Shown: positions 31,328-41,830 of the stretch, piece after piece | Layout of the letters: each line of letters opens with the position of its first letter | Position numbering within the stretch: position 1 is the first letter of the stretch | Assembly: GCA_003551625.1 (NCBI GenBank) | Contig: PUNC01000043.1 | Location: forward strand, 11,027-75,026 | DNA: 64,000 nucleotides | Source of the DNA: PVC group bacterium | GTDB lineage: Bacteria > Auribacterota > Erginobacteria > Erginobacterales > PUNC01 | Reading direction: 5' to 3' | Notes under the pieces: model-generated | The model's input: only the letters and a program-made list of their open reading frames with translations | Databases searched by the model: none | What the model was told of the DNA's origin: nothing | Position numbers and translations under genes: made by a program

Positions 31328-32020
31328 ATGGACGGAATATTGCTGGTCGACAAGCCTTCCGGGATCACTTCTTTCGGGGTGGTTGACCGGCTGAAGAAAA
31401 GATTCTCTCCCTCCCGGATCGGTCACGGCGGCACGCTCGATCCCCTGGCCACCGGTCTGCTGGTGGTGTTGTTCGGGAAGGCGACCAAGGCCGCCCGCTA
31501 TCTGCTGGAAGGCGACAAGGCCTATCTGGCCGGCCTTCTTCTGGGCCGGGAGACCGACACCCAGGATATCAGCGGCCGGGTGCTCCGGGAGCGTGATCCT
31601 TCCGCCGTCACCAAGCGGGACCTGGAAGAAGCGCTCGGCGCTTTCCGGGGTGAGCTCGAACAGGTTCCTCCGATGGTCTCGGCCCTGAAGCACCGGGGGC
31701 GCCGGCTCTACGAGCTGGCCCGCCGGGGCCGGGAAGTGCCCCGGCCGCCCCGCCGGGTGGTGATAAAGGAGCTGAAGTTGACCGGTTTCAACCCGCCCAC
31801 GGCCGGTCTGCTCGTCCGTTGCTCGAAGGGAACCTATGTGCGCACCCTCTGCCGTGACCTGGGCGAAAGGCTCGGCTGCGGCGGCTGCCTGTCGAGCCTG
31901 CGGCGGCTGGAGTCGGGACCGTTCCGGGTGGAGGAGGCCCGGCCGCTGTCGGTACTGCTGGAGATGGACCGGCGCGGGCTGGAGAGACGGCTGCTGCAAG
32001 TTTGGAAGGATAAATTGTGA
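31328..32020 (+). CDS. truB: tRNA pseudouridine(55) synthase
   Basis: GILLVDKPSGITSFGVVDRLKK...GHGGTLDPLATGLLVV catalytic Asp motif. Confidence 0.9.
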   Translation: MDGILLVDKPSGITSFGVVDRLKKRFSPSRIGHGGTLDPLATGLLVVLFGKATKAARYLLEGDKAYLAGLLLGRETDTQDISGRVLRERDPSAVTKRDLEEALGAFRGELEQVPPMVSALKHRGRRLYELARRGREVPRPPRRVVIKELKLTGFNPPTAGLLVRCSKGTYVRTLCRDLGERLGCGGCLSSLRRLESGPFRVEEARPLSVLLEMDRRGLERRLLQVWKDKL

Positions 32021-32979
32021 AGATTCATCGTTCTTTCCGGCCGCTTTCGAAGCCTTATTCCGGCCTGGCGGTGGGAATCGGGAATTTTGACGGAGTTCAT
32101 CTCGGCCACCGGAAAATAATCCGGGAGTGCCGGATCGCGGCCGGGGAAGAGGGCACGGTGGGCGTGATCACCTTCCCCTCCCACACCCGCAGCCTGGTCG
32201 AGGGGCGGGAGGAAAAATTACTGCTCACCATCCGCGACCGCCTCGGCCTGCTGGAGAAGGCCGGGGTGGACGCGGTCTGGCTGGTCGAGTTCACCCGCCG
32301 GCTGGCCGGGATGCCGCCGGAGGATTTCGCCGCGAAAGTCCTGGGAGACGCTCTCCGGGTCCGGACGGTGACGGTCGGGCGGGGATACCGCTTCGGCCGG
32401 GCCGGCCGCGGGACCGTCGCCGTGCTGGCCGCGACCGGCCGAAGGCACGGCTTCAGGGTCCGTGAGGTGCCGGCGGTGCGCCGGGGCGGGGTTCGGGTTA
32501 GCAGTTCCGCCATTCGCCGGGCAGTGGTCGCGGGCGAAATGGATAAAGCGGCCGCCCTGCTCGGTTACCCGTATTTTTTAAGCGGAACGGTACGGGCCGG
32601 CCGGGGCCGGGGAGCCGGGCTGGGATACCCGACCGCCAACTTCCGGCCCGAGCAGTTGCGTCCCGCTCCGGGCGTTTACGCCGCCTGGATCGTCCTTGAC
32701 CGCCGTCCCCGCCCGGGACTACTTTACCTCGGGGAGGCGCCGACCTTCCCCCCCACCCGGCGGCCTTATCCCGCCGAGGCCCACATCTTCGGCTGGGAAG
32801 GGAACCTGTACGGGGCCCGGATAAAAGTCTGGTTGAAAAAAAAGCTGAGGGAAGATATAAAATTTGATAATATCGCTTGCTTGCTGGAAAGGATCCGGGC
32901 GGACGAGAATGCGGCCCGGGGCCTGTTGAAGAAGGCTCCTTCCGGTAATTTACCCGCAGATTCAAGGAGAAGGAAATGA
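32017..32979 (+). CDS. ribF: Bifunctional riboflavin kinase / FMN adenylyltransferase
   Basis: GNFDGVHLGH nucleotidyltransferase motif. C-terminal riboflavin-kinase domain (GYPTANF). GTG start overlapping truB stop. Confidence 0.85.
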   Translation: MKIHRSFRPLSKPYSGLAVGIGNFDGVHLGHRKIIRECRIAAGEEGTVGVITFPSHTRSLVEGREEKLLLTIRDRLGLLEKAGVDAVWLVEFTRRLAGMPPEDFAAKVLGDALRVRTVTVGRGYRFGRAGRGTVAVLAATGRRHGFRVREVPAVRRGGVRVSSSAIRRAVVAGEMDKAAALLGYPYFLSGTVRAGRGRGAGLGYPTANFRPEQLRPAPGVYAAWIVLDRRPRPGLLYLGEAPTFPPTRRPYPAEAHIFGWEGNLYGARIKVWLKKKLREDIKFDNIACLLERIRADENAARGLLKKAPSGNLPADSRRRK

Positions 32980-33245
32980 GCGGCACGATTTCGGCCAAAA
33001 AGAAACTGATCGACGAATTCGGGATTCATCCCGGAGATACCGGTTCCTCGGAAGTGCAGGTGGCGCTTCTGACCGAACAGATCCGGTCGCTGACCGAACA
33101 TATGAAAACCCACCGGAAGGATTACGCCTCCCAGCGCAGCCTTCAGCTGATGGTCAGCCGCCGTCAGCGCCACCTCAATTACCTGCAAAGGACCAACCCG
33201 GAAAGCTACCGGAAAGTGATCAAGAAACTCGGCCTGAGAAAGTGA
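32976..33245 (+). CDS. rpsO: 30S ribosomal protein S15
   Basis: 89 aa. GDTGSSEVQVALLTEQI...HLKTHRKD signature. Confidence 0.95.
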   Translation: MSGTISAKKKLIDEFGIHPGDTGSSEVQVALLTEQIRSLTEHMKTHRKDYASQRSLQLMVSRRQRHLNYLQRTNPESYRKVIKKLGLRK

Positions 33246-33253
33246 GGAGAAAG

Positions 33254-35359
33254 ATGTACCGCGAAACTAAATGTCAAGTTGACAAGAAAAGTATCAGTAT
33301 TGCGTCCGGCCATCTCGCCTGGCAGGCCGACGGAGCGGTCACCGTCTCCTGCGAGGGAACGGTGATCCTGGCGACGGCGGTGGCTTCCCGGGATCCGCGC
33401 CCGGGAATCCTGGATTTTATGCCCCTGACGGTGGACTACCGGGAGAAGACCTCGGCGGCCGGAAAGATTCCGGGGGGATTCTTCAAGCGCGAGGGGAGAC
33501 CGACGGAGAAGGAGATCCTTACCGCCCGGCTGATCGACCGTCCGCTGCGGCCGCTCTTCCCCAAGGGCTGTCAGAACGAGGTGCAGATTATGACCTCGGT
33601 GCTCTCCGCCGACGGCCAGAACGACCCCGATGTCCTCTGCATCAACGGCGCTTCGGCCGCCCTGATGGTCTCCGGCATTCCCTTTGCCAGCCCGGTGGCG
33701 GCGGTGAGGGTAGGAATGATCGGCGACGAGTTCATCATCAATCCCACCCTGGAGCAGCTCGAGGAAAGCCGCCTGGAGATAGTCGTGGCCGGGACCAGGG
33801 ACGCGGTTATTATGGTGGAGGGATCGGCCAAAATGATCCCGGAAGAGACGGTCCTCCAGGCGGTGATGTCCGGCCACCGGGCGCTGATTCCGTTGATCGA
33901 GGCCCAGGAGGAGCTTCGCGGCCTGGTCAACCCCGCCCCCCGGGAGCTTCACGTCCTTCAGTCCCGGGATGAAGTGCTCAAGCGGCTGGAGGAGTCCGTG
34001 GGAGAAGAACTGGGAGAGGCGCTGACCATACAGGTCAAGAAAGAGCGCAACGAGTCGGTGGGACTGGTCAAGGCCGCCGCCTGGGAGAAACTGAGTGAAG
34101 CGGAAGGAGAGCCGGAGCCGGTGGAGGAGTGGGAGTTCAAGCAGGCGTTCAAGTCGCTGCTCAAAAAGCTGATGCGGAAGATGATTCTTACCTCCGGGAT
34201 CCGGGTCGACGGCCGCCGGCCGGAAGAGATCCGGCCGCTCAACATCGAGACCGGGTTTCTTCCCCGGACCCACGGCTCGGCCCTTTTCAGCCGCGGCGAA
34301 ACCCAGGCGCTGGCGCTGACCACGCTGGGGACCTCCCGCGACCAACAGCGGATCGACGGCCTGGAGGAGGAAGAGAAGAGCAAGCGTTTTATGCTGCATT
34401 ACAATTTCCCCCCCTTCTGCACCGGGGAGACCACTCCGATCCGGGGGCCGAAGAGAAGGGAGATCGGTCACGGAGCGCTGGCGGAGAGATCCATCCTTCC
34501 GGTTCTGCCTTCCGAGGAGGAGTTCCCCTACACGATCCGGGTCGTTTCGGATATCCTCTCCTCCAACGGTTCCTCCTCTATGGCCACCGTCTGCGGGGGA
34601 AGCCTGTCGCTGATGGACGCGGGGGTGCCGATATCGGCGGCGGTGGCCGGAATAGCGATGGGGCTGCTCAAGGAAGGCGACCGGACCGTGATTCTGACCG
34701 ATATCCTGGGAACCGAAGACGCCCTGGGCGATATGGACTTCAAGATCTCCGGGACCCGGGAGGGGGTGACCGGCCTGCAGATGGATATCAAGATCGCCGG
34801 GATCACCGAGGAGATTATGGGGCAGGCGCTCTCCCAGGCCCGGGCCGCGCGGGTCAAGGTCCTCGACGCCATGGACGCGGTGCAGCCGCGCCCCCGCGAT
34901 GAAATATCTCCCTACGCCCCCAAGATCGTCACCGTCCAGATCGATCCCGAAAAGATCGGGCTGGTCATCGGACCCAAGGGCAAGAACATCAAGGCGATGG
35001 AGAAGACCGGCGTCAACATCGAGATCGAGGATGACGGCTGGATCACGATCTCGGCCACGGACATCCACCTGGCCGAGCAGGCCAAGGACACCATCCTGGG
35101 GATGGTCGGCGAGATTGAAGTCGGAAACGTTTACCAGGGCAAGGTGGTGAGCATCAAGGACTTCGGCGCTTTCGTCGAAATTCTTCCCGGCAAGGACGGC
35201 CTTCTTCACATCTCCGAGCTCGCCGATTACCGGGTCGGCAAGGTTGAGGATATCCTCAAGGAGAACGACGAGGTCAGGGTAAAGGTGATCGCGGTCGATA
35301 AGATGGGCCGGGTCAAGCTCAGCCGCCGCCAGGCTCTGGAAGAGAGCAAGGACGACTGA
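33254..35359 (+). CDS. pnp: Polyribonucleotide nucleotidyltransferase (PNPase)
   Basis: Two RNase PH domains, KH and S1 domains. ATG at 33254 with GAGGAG SD. The ORF-track start 33242 is a GTG inside the rpsO stop region. Confidence 0.95.
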   Translation: MYRETKCQVDKKSISIASGHLAWQADGAVTVSCEGTVILATAVASRDPRPGILDFMPLTVDYREKTSAAGKIPGGFFKREGRPTEKEILTARLIDRPLRPLFPKGCQNEVQIMTSVLSADGQNDPDVLCINGASAALMVSGIPFASPVAAVRVGMIGDEFIINPTLEQLEESRLEIVVAGTRDAVIMVEGSAKMIPEETVLQAVMSGHRALIPLIEAQEELRGLVNPAPRELHVLQSRDEVLKRLEESVGEELGEALTIQVKKERNESVGLVKAAAWEKLSEAEGEPEPVEEWEFKQAFKSLLKKLMRKMILTSGIRVDGRRPEEIRPLNIETGFLPRTHGSALFSRGETQALALTTLGTSRDQQRIDGLEEEEKSKRFMLHYNFPPFCTGETTPIRGPKRREIGHGALAERSILPVLPSEEEFPYTIRVVSDILSSNGSSSMATVCGGSLSLMDAGVPISAAVAGIAMGLLKEGDRTVILTDILGTEDALGDMDFKISGTREGVTGLQMDIKIAGITEEIMGQALSQARAARVKVLDAMDAVQPRPRDEISPYAPKIVTVQIDPEKIGLVIGPKGKNIKAMEKTGVNIEIEDDGWITISATDIHLAEQAKDTILGMVGEIEVGNVYQGKVVSIKDFGAFVEILPGKDGLLHISELADYRVGKVEDILKENDEVRVKVIAVDKMGRVKLSRRQALEESKDD

Positions 35360-35473
35360 TTACTCCCCGCGGCGCGCTCAAATCGTCTTCCGGTGAAGAT
35401 TGGATAGCCGTCTCTGGCTCACAACCGCTCCCCGGATCCGGTTTGCGAATGCTCCGGGCCAGCGGAACCGGGT

Positions 35474-37867
35474 ATGGGAACTGGTGAAAGAAACTTCGCG
35501 TCCGCTCTGGGCCTGGTCCTGATCGCCCTGGCGGTATTTATCGCGGTCAGCCTGGTTTCATATCATCCCGCCGACGCCGGCCATTACGCCGGGCCGCCGG
35601 GATTTGTCTCCAACTACGGCGGGAAACTCGGCGCCCAGGTTTCTCTTTACCTGTTTCTTGCGACCGGCGTGGCGGCGTTCGCTCTTCCCCTGCTCTTGCT
35701 GGGGGAGGGGATCGCCCGGCTTCTTTCCCGCCGCCCGGCCTCCCCGGTGCCGCGCTTCGTCGGTCACCTGGCGGTTCTTTTAAGCCTTTCCTCGCTGGCC
35801 GCCCTGGTCCGTCCCGTCACACCCGAGGCGCTCGGCTGGCAGCTGGAGAGGGTCGGAGCGGGCGGAGTGTGGGGGGAGTGGACTTCAACCTACCTGCTCA
35901 AGTACCTGGGGACGATCGGATCCCGGTTGGTCCTGGTCACGACGGCGGCGGTGGCGTTCGGTTATCTCACCGCGATGAAACCTTACTATTTCCTGGTTGC
36001 GGCGGCCCTGGGAGCGGGCCGGTTTTTCGCCTCCCTGCTGCCCCGGGGAAGACGGATCGTGGTCACCCCTCCCTCCCGCTCCCGGCCGGCGAAAGCTCCC
36101 GCCAAGAAGGAGGCCGTAGCGCCGACGCCGGCCGCCGCCGCCCGTCAGGCGGAGAAGGCTCGGGCCAAACTGCAGCGGGAGACGCTGCGCCGGGAGGCCC
36201 GCGAGCGGGAGAAGCTGCGAAAGGCCGAGGAGAAGCGACGCCGGCGGGAAGAGCGCGAGGAGGAGATCCGCCGGCGTTCGCGGGCCGAAAAAGAGGAGCA
36301 GCGCCGCCGGGCCGAGGCCGCCGCCACCGTCCGGGAGAAGCAGAAAGCGGACCTCCCCGCCGCCGCGGCCCGGGCCCCCTCCCGTCCGTCCGGCCCCGCC
36401 GCGCCGGGCAAGACCGCCCGCTACATCCCGCCTCCGGTGGAACTGCTGACCCCGCCCCCGCCGCCCGCCCCGCGGGAGATGAAGGGCGACGTCGAGCAAA
36501 ACTCCCGGCTCCTGGAGAGCACCCTGGCCGATTTCGGGATTACCGCGGCCGTCGTCGGTTCCGAGCGGGGTCCGGCCGTGACCCGCTACGAGTTGCAGCC
36601 CGCCCCCGGGGTCAAGGTTCAGAAGATCAAGACCCTGGCCAACGATATCGCCCTGGCTATGAAGGCGGTTTCCGTCCGTATCCTGGCGCCGATTCCGGGC
36701 AAGGCGGCCGTCGGCATCGAGATCCCGAATTCGTCGACTTCACTGGTCTACCTGCGGGAGATGGTGGAGTCCCGGGAGTTCAGCTCCGGAAAGAAGCGGA
36801 TTCCGCTGACGGTGGGAAAAGATATTTCCGGCCGGTGCATTGTGGCCGACATCGCCGAGATGCCCCACCTGCTGATCGCGGGCGCGACCGGGTCGGGCAA
36901 GACGGTCTGCGTCAACTCCCTGATTATGTCCGTTCTCTACAGTTCCACCCCCTCCGATCTGAAGCTGATCCTGGTCGATCCCAAGAAGGTGGAGATGACC
37001 AGTTTCCATTCCCTGCCGCATCTGCTCTGTCCGGTCATCACCGATCCCGCCAAGTCCGCCCAGGTCCTGGCGTGGCTGGTGGGGGAGATGGAGGGCCGCT
37101 ACGACCTGTTCGCCGAGGCCGGCGTGAGGAACATCGCCTCCTATAACCGCCGCCGTCCGTCCTCGTCGCCGCCGGAAGAAGGGCTGCCGGAAACCATTCC
37201 CTACATACTGCTGATCATCGATGAGCTGGCCGACCTTATGCTTACCGCCCCTGTGGAGATCGAGAACGCGATCGCCCGGCTGGCTCATCTTTCCCGGGCG
37301 GTCGGTATTCATATGGTGCTGGCGACCCAGAGGCCCTCGGTGGACGTGATTACCGGCGTGATCAAGGCCAACTTCCCGGCCCGGATATCCTTCAAGGTGG
37401 CCTCCAAGATCGACTCCCGGATCGTGCTCGACGCGCCCGGCGCCGACAAGCTTCTGGGCAGCGGCGATCTTCTTTTCCTCCCCCCGGCCTCCGACCGGTT
37501 GATCAGGGCCCAGGGGACGATGTGCTCCGACGAAGAGATCGCGAAGGTTGTCGATTATGTCAACTCCCAGGCCGCCCCCCAGTATGATCCCGAGATCCTG
37601 GCGCGTCCGTCGGCCGCGGGAGCCGTCGGCGACGAAGGGGAAGCCGACCCCGTCCTGGAAAACGCCATCAAGGTGATCAAGCAGACCGAGCAGGCCTCGG
37701 TCTCGATCCTGCAGAGGAAGCTTAAGATCGGCTATTCCCGCGCCGCCCGGGTGATGGATCAGCTCGAAGAAAGGGGAATCGTGGGTCCCCACCAGGGGGC
37801 CAAACCGCGGGAAATATTGATTGAAACCTACGGCGGCCAGAGCGAGGAAGGAGGGGGAGAGGATTGA
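35474..37867 (+). CDS. ftsK: DNA translocase FtsK/SpoIIIE
   Basis: N-terminal TM domain, Pro/Arg/Glu-rich linker, motor domain with Walker A GATGSGKT. C-terminal gamma winged helix. Confidence 0.9.
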   Translation: MGTGERNFASALGLVLIALAVFIAVSLVSYHPADAGHYAGPPGFVSNYGGKLGAQVSLYLFLATGVAAFALPLLLLGEGIARLLSRRPASPVPRFVGHLAVLLSLSSLAALVRPVTPEALGWQLERVGAGGVWGEWTSTYLLKYLGTIGSRLVLVTTAAVAFGYLTAMKPYYFLVAAALGAGRFFASLLPRGRRIVVTPPSRSRPAKAPAKKEAVAPTPAAAARQAEKARAKLQRETLRREAREREKLRKAEEKRRRREEREEEIRRRSRAEKEEQRRRAEAAATVREKQKADLPAAAARAPSRPSGPAAPGKTARYIPPPVELLTPPPPPAPREMKGDVEQNSRLLESTLADFGITAAVVGSERGPAVTRYELQPAPGVKVQKIKTLANDIALAMKAVSVRILAPIPGKAAVGIEIPNSSTSLVYLREMVESREFSSGKKRIPLTVGKDISGRCIVADIAEMPHLLIAGATGSGKTVCVNSLIMSVLYSSTPSDLKLILVDPKKVEMTSFHSLPHLLCPVITDPAKSAQVLAWLVGEMEGRYDLFAEAGVRNIASYNRRRPSSSPPEEGLPETIPYILLIIDELADLMLTAPVEIENAIARLAHLSRAVGIHMVLATQRPSVDVITGVIKANFPARISFKVASKIDSRIVLDAPGADKLLGSGDLLFLPPASDRLIRAQGTMCSDEEIAKVVDYVNSQAAPQYDPEILARPSAAGAVGDEGEADPVLENAIKVIKQTEQASVSILQRKLKIGYSRAARVMDQLEERGIVGPHQGAKPREILIETYGGQSEEGGGED

Positions 37868-37891
37868 CGGAATCGTCTCCCCGGATGAAGT

Positions 37892-38404
37892 ATGGAAAAA
37901 GCCGGAAAGATATTCAAGGCCGCCCGGAAAAGAAAGCAGGTCTCCCTGGCCGAGGCGGCCGCCGTCACCAAGATCAAGGCCGATCATCTCCGGGCGCTGG
38001 AGGAGGGCGATGTCGGCGCTCTCCCTTCCCCCGCCTACGCCCGCGGTTTCATCAAGATCTACAGCCATTACCTGGGGGTTGATCCCGACCCGGCGTTGAA
38101 AGAGTACCAGGAGTATTTCCGCGCTTCCCAGCCGGAGCTGGTACTGATCGAGAATAAAAAGCTCGCCGCCGTCCCCCTGCTGCCCCCGGTGAACTGGGGC
38201 AAGACGCTCCGGTTTTTGGCTCTGGCGGCCCTGGCGGCGGGAGTGGTCCTGGTTTCCCTCCGGCTGATCCGTTCGGCCTCGCGGCGCTACCGGGCGGAGG
38301 AATTCGGTCTTTACGAAGAGGCCTCTCCTCCGGGGAGCGCGGTCAGGCTCGACCCCTCGGAAGTCTTTTTACCCTCCCAACCGGAAGGCGACGCCGAGCG
38401 ATGA
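37892..38404 (+). CDS. RodZ-like HTH (XRE) membrane protein
   Basis: N-terminal HTH similar to RodZ (LPSPAYARGFIKIYSHYLGVD) followed by a single TM segment. 170 aa. Confidence 0.5.
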   Translation: MEKAGKIFKAARKRKQVSLAEAAAVTKIKADHLRALEEGDVGALPSPAYARGFIKIYSHYLGVDPDPALKEYQEYFRASQPELVLIENKKLAAVPLLPPVNWGKTLRFLALAALAAGVVLVSLRLIRSASRRYRAEEFGLYEEASPPGSAVRLDPSEVFLPSQPEGDAER

Positions 38405-39750
38405 CCAAGATCGCGACCGTCAGCCTGGGTTGCCCCAAGAACCTGGTCGATTCCGAGCAGATGCTCGGCCTGCTCAAGGAAAACGGGTTCGAGGCCTCCG
38501 CTTCTCTCGCCGAAGCGGAGGTCATCCTCGTCAATACCTGCGCTTTTATCGAAGACGCCCGCCGGGAGTCACTCACGGAGATCGGGCGGCTGGCGGCTTT
38601 CAAGAAGACCAATTGCCGCCTTCTGGCGGTGGCCGGCTGCCTGGTTCAATACTACGGCGGGCGGGCGCGCGGGGAGATCCCGGGAGCCGACATCCTTCTC
38701 GGGGTGGGGGAGGGCTCCGCGCTTCCGCGGTTGCTGGCCGCCGCCGCGAAGAAAGCCCCGTCAGCCGACGGGGGCTCCTACCTCCGCTGGGAACCCGCGC
38801 CCCGACATCGCTTCTCCGACGATCCGCCGCGTCTGCGTTGCGCGCCGCCTCATTACGCCTACCTTAAGATCGCCGACGGCTGCGATAACCGCTGCGGTTA
38901 CTGCCTGATCCCGGCCATTCGCGGCCCTTATCAGAGCCGCCCGGCGAAGCACATTATCGCCGAGGCCGTCCGCCTGGCCGCCGAGGGGGTGAAGGAGATT
39001 ATCCTGGTGGCTCAGGATACCGGTTACTACGGCTGGGAAAAGGGCCGGGGACCGCGGCTGACCGGGCTGCTCGAGGGTCTGGAGGAGATCGACGGGATCA
39101 GGTGGATCAGGTTGCTTTACGCCCACCCGGCCAACCTCGACCGGAGCGTGATGAAGACGATGGCTTCTTCAAAAAAAATCTGTCCCTACCTCGATCTTCC
39201 GATCCAGCATATCAACGACCGGATCCTGAAACGGATGGGCCGCCCGGTCTCCCGCCACCGGATCGAAGCGCTGCTCGACCAGCTCCGGGAGCTGGTTCCC
39301 GGGATCAGCCTGCGCACCACGTTGATGGTGGGGTTTCCGGGGGAGGGGGAGGGAGAGTTCGAGGAACTGGAGGAGTTCGTGCGCTGGCAGCGTTTCGATC
39401 ATCTCGGGGTCTTCGTTTACTCCCGGGAGAAGGGGACCTCCGCCGCCCGGCTGAAGGGGCGACCCGATGCCGCCACCTCCGCCCGCCGCCGCGACCGGCT
39501 GCTCCGGCTGCAAAAGTCCATCTCCCGCTCGCGGCTCCGCCGCTGGCGGGACCGGAGGATCGAAGTTATGATCGATGGTCCGTTCCCGGAGAAGAATTCG
39601 GAGTTGCTGGTCGGGCGGGCGGTCTTCCAGGCTCCCGAAGTCGACGGCCTGGTTGTGGTGGAAGGAGGCGGCTGCCGTCCCGGAGAGCTGGTCGGGGTCA
39701 GGGTCAAGGAGACCTCCGCCTATGATCTCTACGGGGAGGCGGCGCCGTGA
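38401..39750 (+). CDS. rimO: Ribosomal protein S12 methylthiotransferase RimO
   Basis: MTTase N-terminal SLGCPKNLVDSE motif, radical-SAM CDNRCGYC motif, C-terminal TRAM domain. Confidence 0.85.
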   Translation: MTKIATVSLGCPKNLVDSEQMLGLLKENGFEASASLAEAEVILVNTCAFIEDARRESLTEIGRLAAFKKTNCRLLAVAGCLVQYYGGRARGEIPGADILLGVGEGSALPRLLAAAAKKAPSADGGSYLRWEPAPRHRFSDDPPRLRCAPPHYAYLKIADGCDNRCGYCLIPAIRGPYQSRPAKHIIAEAVRLAAEGVKEIILVAQDTGYYGWEKGRGPRLTGLLEGLEEIDGIRWIRLLYAHPANLDRSVMKTMASSKKICPYLDLPIQHINDRILKRMGRPVSRHRIEALLDQLRELVPGISLRTTLMVGFPGEGEGEFEELEEFVRWQRFDHLGVFVYSREKGTSAARLKGRPDAATSARRRDRLLRLQKSISRSRLRRWRDRRIEVMIDGPFPEKNSELLVGRAVFQAPEVDGLVVVEGGGCRPGELVGVRVKETSAYDLYGEAAP

Positions 39751-40307
39751 ACCTGCCGACCAAACTAACCATCCTCCGGCTCGCTCTCACGCCGGTTTTC
39801 GTGGGGTTGCTGACGATCGGGGAGTCCTGGTCCGACCTGACCGCCCTGGCCGTTTTCCTGGCGGGGATGGCCACCGACACCCTGGACGGCTGGTTGGCCC
39901 GCTCCTTCAACCAGGTCACCCGGATGGGCAAACTGCTCGATCCTCTGGCCGACAAGATCCTCGTCACCTCGGCCTTCATCTCCTTCGTCGCCCGCCCGGA
40001 GCTAACTTTTCACGCCTGGATGGCGGTGGTGATCGTCGCCCGCGAGTTCGCCATCACCGGCTTGAGGCTGGTGGCGGCCGGACAGGGGGTGATCCTTTCC
40101 GCCGGCAAATGGGGCAAGCACAAGACACTCTCCCAGGTAATCGCGGTCAGCGCGGCCCTGCTCTTTCTCGGACTTCACGAATGCTGCGTGGTCGTGAGCG
40201 GGCTGGAAATCGTGGTGACGGGATTGTTCTGGCTCTGCGTGGCCTTCACCGCCGCTTCCGGACTGTATTACTTCTTTCACCACTGGAAGCTTTTGCGATC
40301 GGCATGA
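39747..40307 (+). CDS. pgsA: CDP-diacylglycerol--glycerol-3-phosphate 3-phosphatidyltransferase
   Basis: CDP-alcohol phosphatidyltransferase motif DTLDGWLAR...GKLLDPLADK. Confidence 0.85.
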   Translation: MNLPTKLTILRLALTPVFVGLLTIGESWSDLTALAVFLAGMATDTLDGWLARSFNQVTRMGKLLDPLADKILVTSAFISFVARPELTFHAWMAVVIVAREFAITGLRLVAAGQGVILSAGKWGKHKTLSQVIAVSAALLFLGLHECCVVVSGLEIVVTGLFWLCVAFTAASGLYYFFHHWKLLRSA

Positions 40308-40810
40308 AAAAGACGGTCCGGATGGCAGACCTGATCTGGCGGGAGACCTCCCGACTGCTGGCGTCGTTTTTCTATCTCGGCTATCTCCCGGTCGCGCCGG
40401 GGACGATGGGCGCGGTAGGGGGGATGCTGCTCTACCTGGCGATCAGCATTTTGAACCCTTCCTTTCTCGTCTCCCTGACGGGAGGCTACCTGGCCTTTAT
40501 GGGGGTGTTTTTCATCGTCGGGGTCACGACCGCCTCCCGGGGGGAAAAGATCTGGGGGGAACCGGATTCGCCGACTATCGTCATCGACGAGGCCTTCAGC
40601 TACTTCATAACGATGTTTATGCTTCCGGTATCCCCGATCGCCCTGATCGCCGGGTTGGTCCTCAACCGGGTTTTCGATATCGTCAAGCCCCCGCCGGCGG
40701 ATTTCGCGGAGAAGTTCCCCGGAGGTTGGGGAGTGATGATGGACGATGTGGTCGCCGGCTGTTACAGCCATATCTGTCTGAGAGTGCTTTTGTGGTTGCT
40801 CCGGTTCTGA
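40304..40810 (+). CDS. pgpA: Phosphatidylglycerophosphatase A
   Basis: Internal ATG at 40304 overlapping the pgsA stop (ATGA). PgpA-family hydrophobic profile. The long ORF from 39575 is an antisense/alternate-frame artefact. Confidence 0.7.
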   Translation: MKKTVRMADLIWRETSRLLASFFYLGYLPVAPGTMGAVGGMLLYLAISILNPSFLVSLTGGYLAFMGVFFIVGVTTASRGEKIWGEPDSPTIVIDEAFSYFITMFMLPVSPIALIAGLVLNRVFDIVKPPPADFAEKFPGGWGVMMDDVVAGCYSHICLRVLLWLLRF

Positions 40811-40876
40811 AAAGCGGTTAAGCTTGAAAGGAACCGGTCCGGCGGGTCGAACGCGGAATCGGAATCGAAAAGCAAG

Positions 40877-41830
40877 ATGAACAGAACTTGGAACGGAGTG
40901 ATCCTGTTGCTGGCGGTGGCGGCGGTTCTTTGCGCCTTCCCCGTCCGGGGAGCGGACCGTCCATCGCATCCCCCTTCCGCTTCCGCCCGCGCGCGCGGAT
41001 CCGCGGAGCCTTACGAATACTTTGAGACCGCCCGCCGGAAGGAGGCGGACGAAGAATGGCGCGCCGCCGCCCGTTACTATCGGCGCCTGGTCAACGATTA
41101 CCCCGACTCCGAACTCGCCCCCGACGCCCAGTTCCGGCTGGGTTACTGCCTGGAACAATCGGGCCGGCTTTACGACGCTTTCCAAGCCTACCGGGAACTG
41201 CTGCGCCGCTATCCCGGCAAGGGGAACCTGGGCGAGATCCTGGAACGGAAACTGGTGATCGGACGCGCCTACCTGGAAGGCCGGAGGCGCCCCTTCCTTT
41301 TTCTGCGGCTGCGCAGCGGCCTGCCCGTCGCCGCCGAGATATTTCAGAGTATTCTGGAGACGGCCGTATTCAGCGATGTCTCTCCCGAGGCCCAGTACGG
41401 TCTGGGAATGGTCCGTTTTCGTCAGGGCCGCTACGAAGAAGCCGAGATCGAGTTCGAGAAGGTGCTGTCCCGCTATTCCCTTAGTGAATTGGTCCCCGAC
41501 GCCCTCTTCAAGCTCGGCCTCTGCGCTTACGAAAGGGCCCTGAGAGCGGACTACGACCAGTTTTTCGTCGAGCGGGCGGCGCGCTGGTTTGAAACCTTTC
41601 TTCGCCGCCATCCGGATCACCCTCGCCGGGAGGAGGCGGGGACAAAACTGGCCGACCTTCTCGGCCGCCGGGCGGAGAGCCTCTACCGCATCGGGAGGTT
41701 CTACCAGCGCCGCGGCCGCCCGGAGGGGGCGCGGATCTACTACCAGGAGGTCGTCCGCGATTATCCGGAGACGAGTCGGGCCGTCGACGCCCGGAAGAGG
41801 CTCGCGGAGATGGAGCGGACCGGAAAATGA
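40877..41830 (+). CDS. TPR-repeat envelope protein with signal peptide (BamD/YbgF-like)
   Basis: Signal peptide plus multiple TPR pairs (YYRRLVNDYPDS, AQFRLGYCLEQSG). Confidence 0.45.
   Translation: MNRTWNGVILLLAVAAVLCAFPVRGADRPSHPPSASARARGSAEPYEYFETARRKEADEEWRAAARYYRRLVNDYPDSELAPDAQFRLGYCLEQSGRLYDAFQAYRELLRRYPGKGNLGEILERKLVIGRAYLEGRRRPFLFLRLRSGLPVAAEIFQSILETAVFSDVSPEAQYGLGMVRFRQGRYEEAEIEFEKVLSRYSLSELVPDALFKLGLCAYERALRADYDQFFVERAARWFETFLRRHPDHPRREEAGTKLADLLGRRAESLYRIGRFYQRRGRPEGARIYYQEVVRDYPETSRAVDARKRLAEMERTGK

Noticed and set aside
39575-40303. Upstream part of the 411-aa ORF 39575-40810
   Set aside because: It is an alternate-frame read-through across rimO and pgsA. Only the last 168 aa (from ATG 40304) resemble PgpA.
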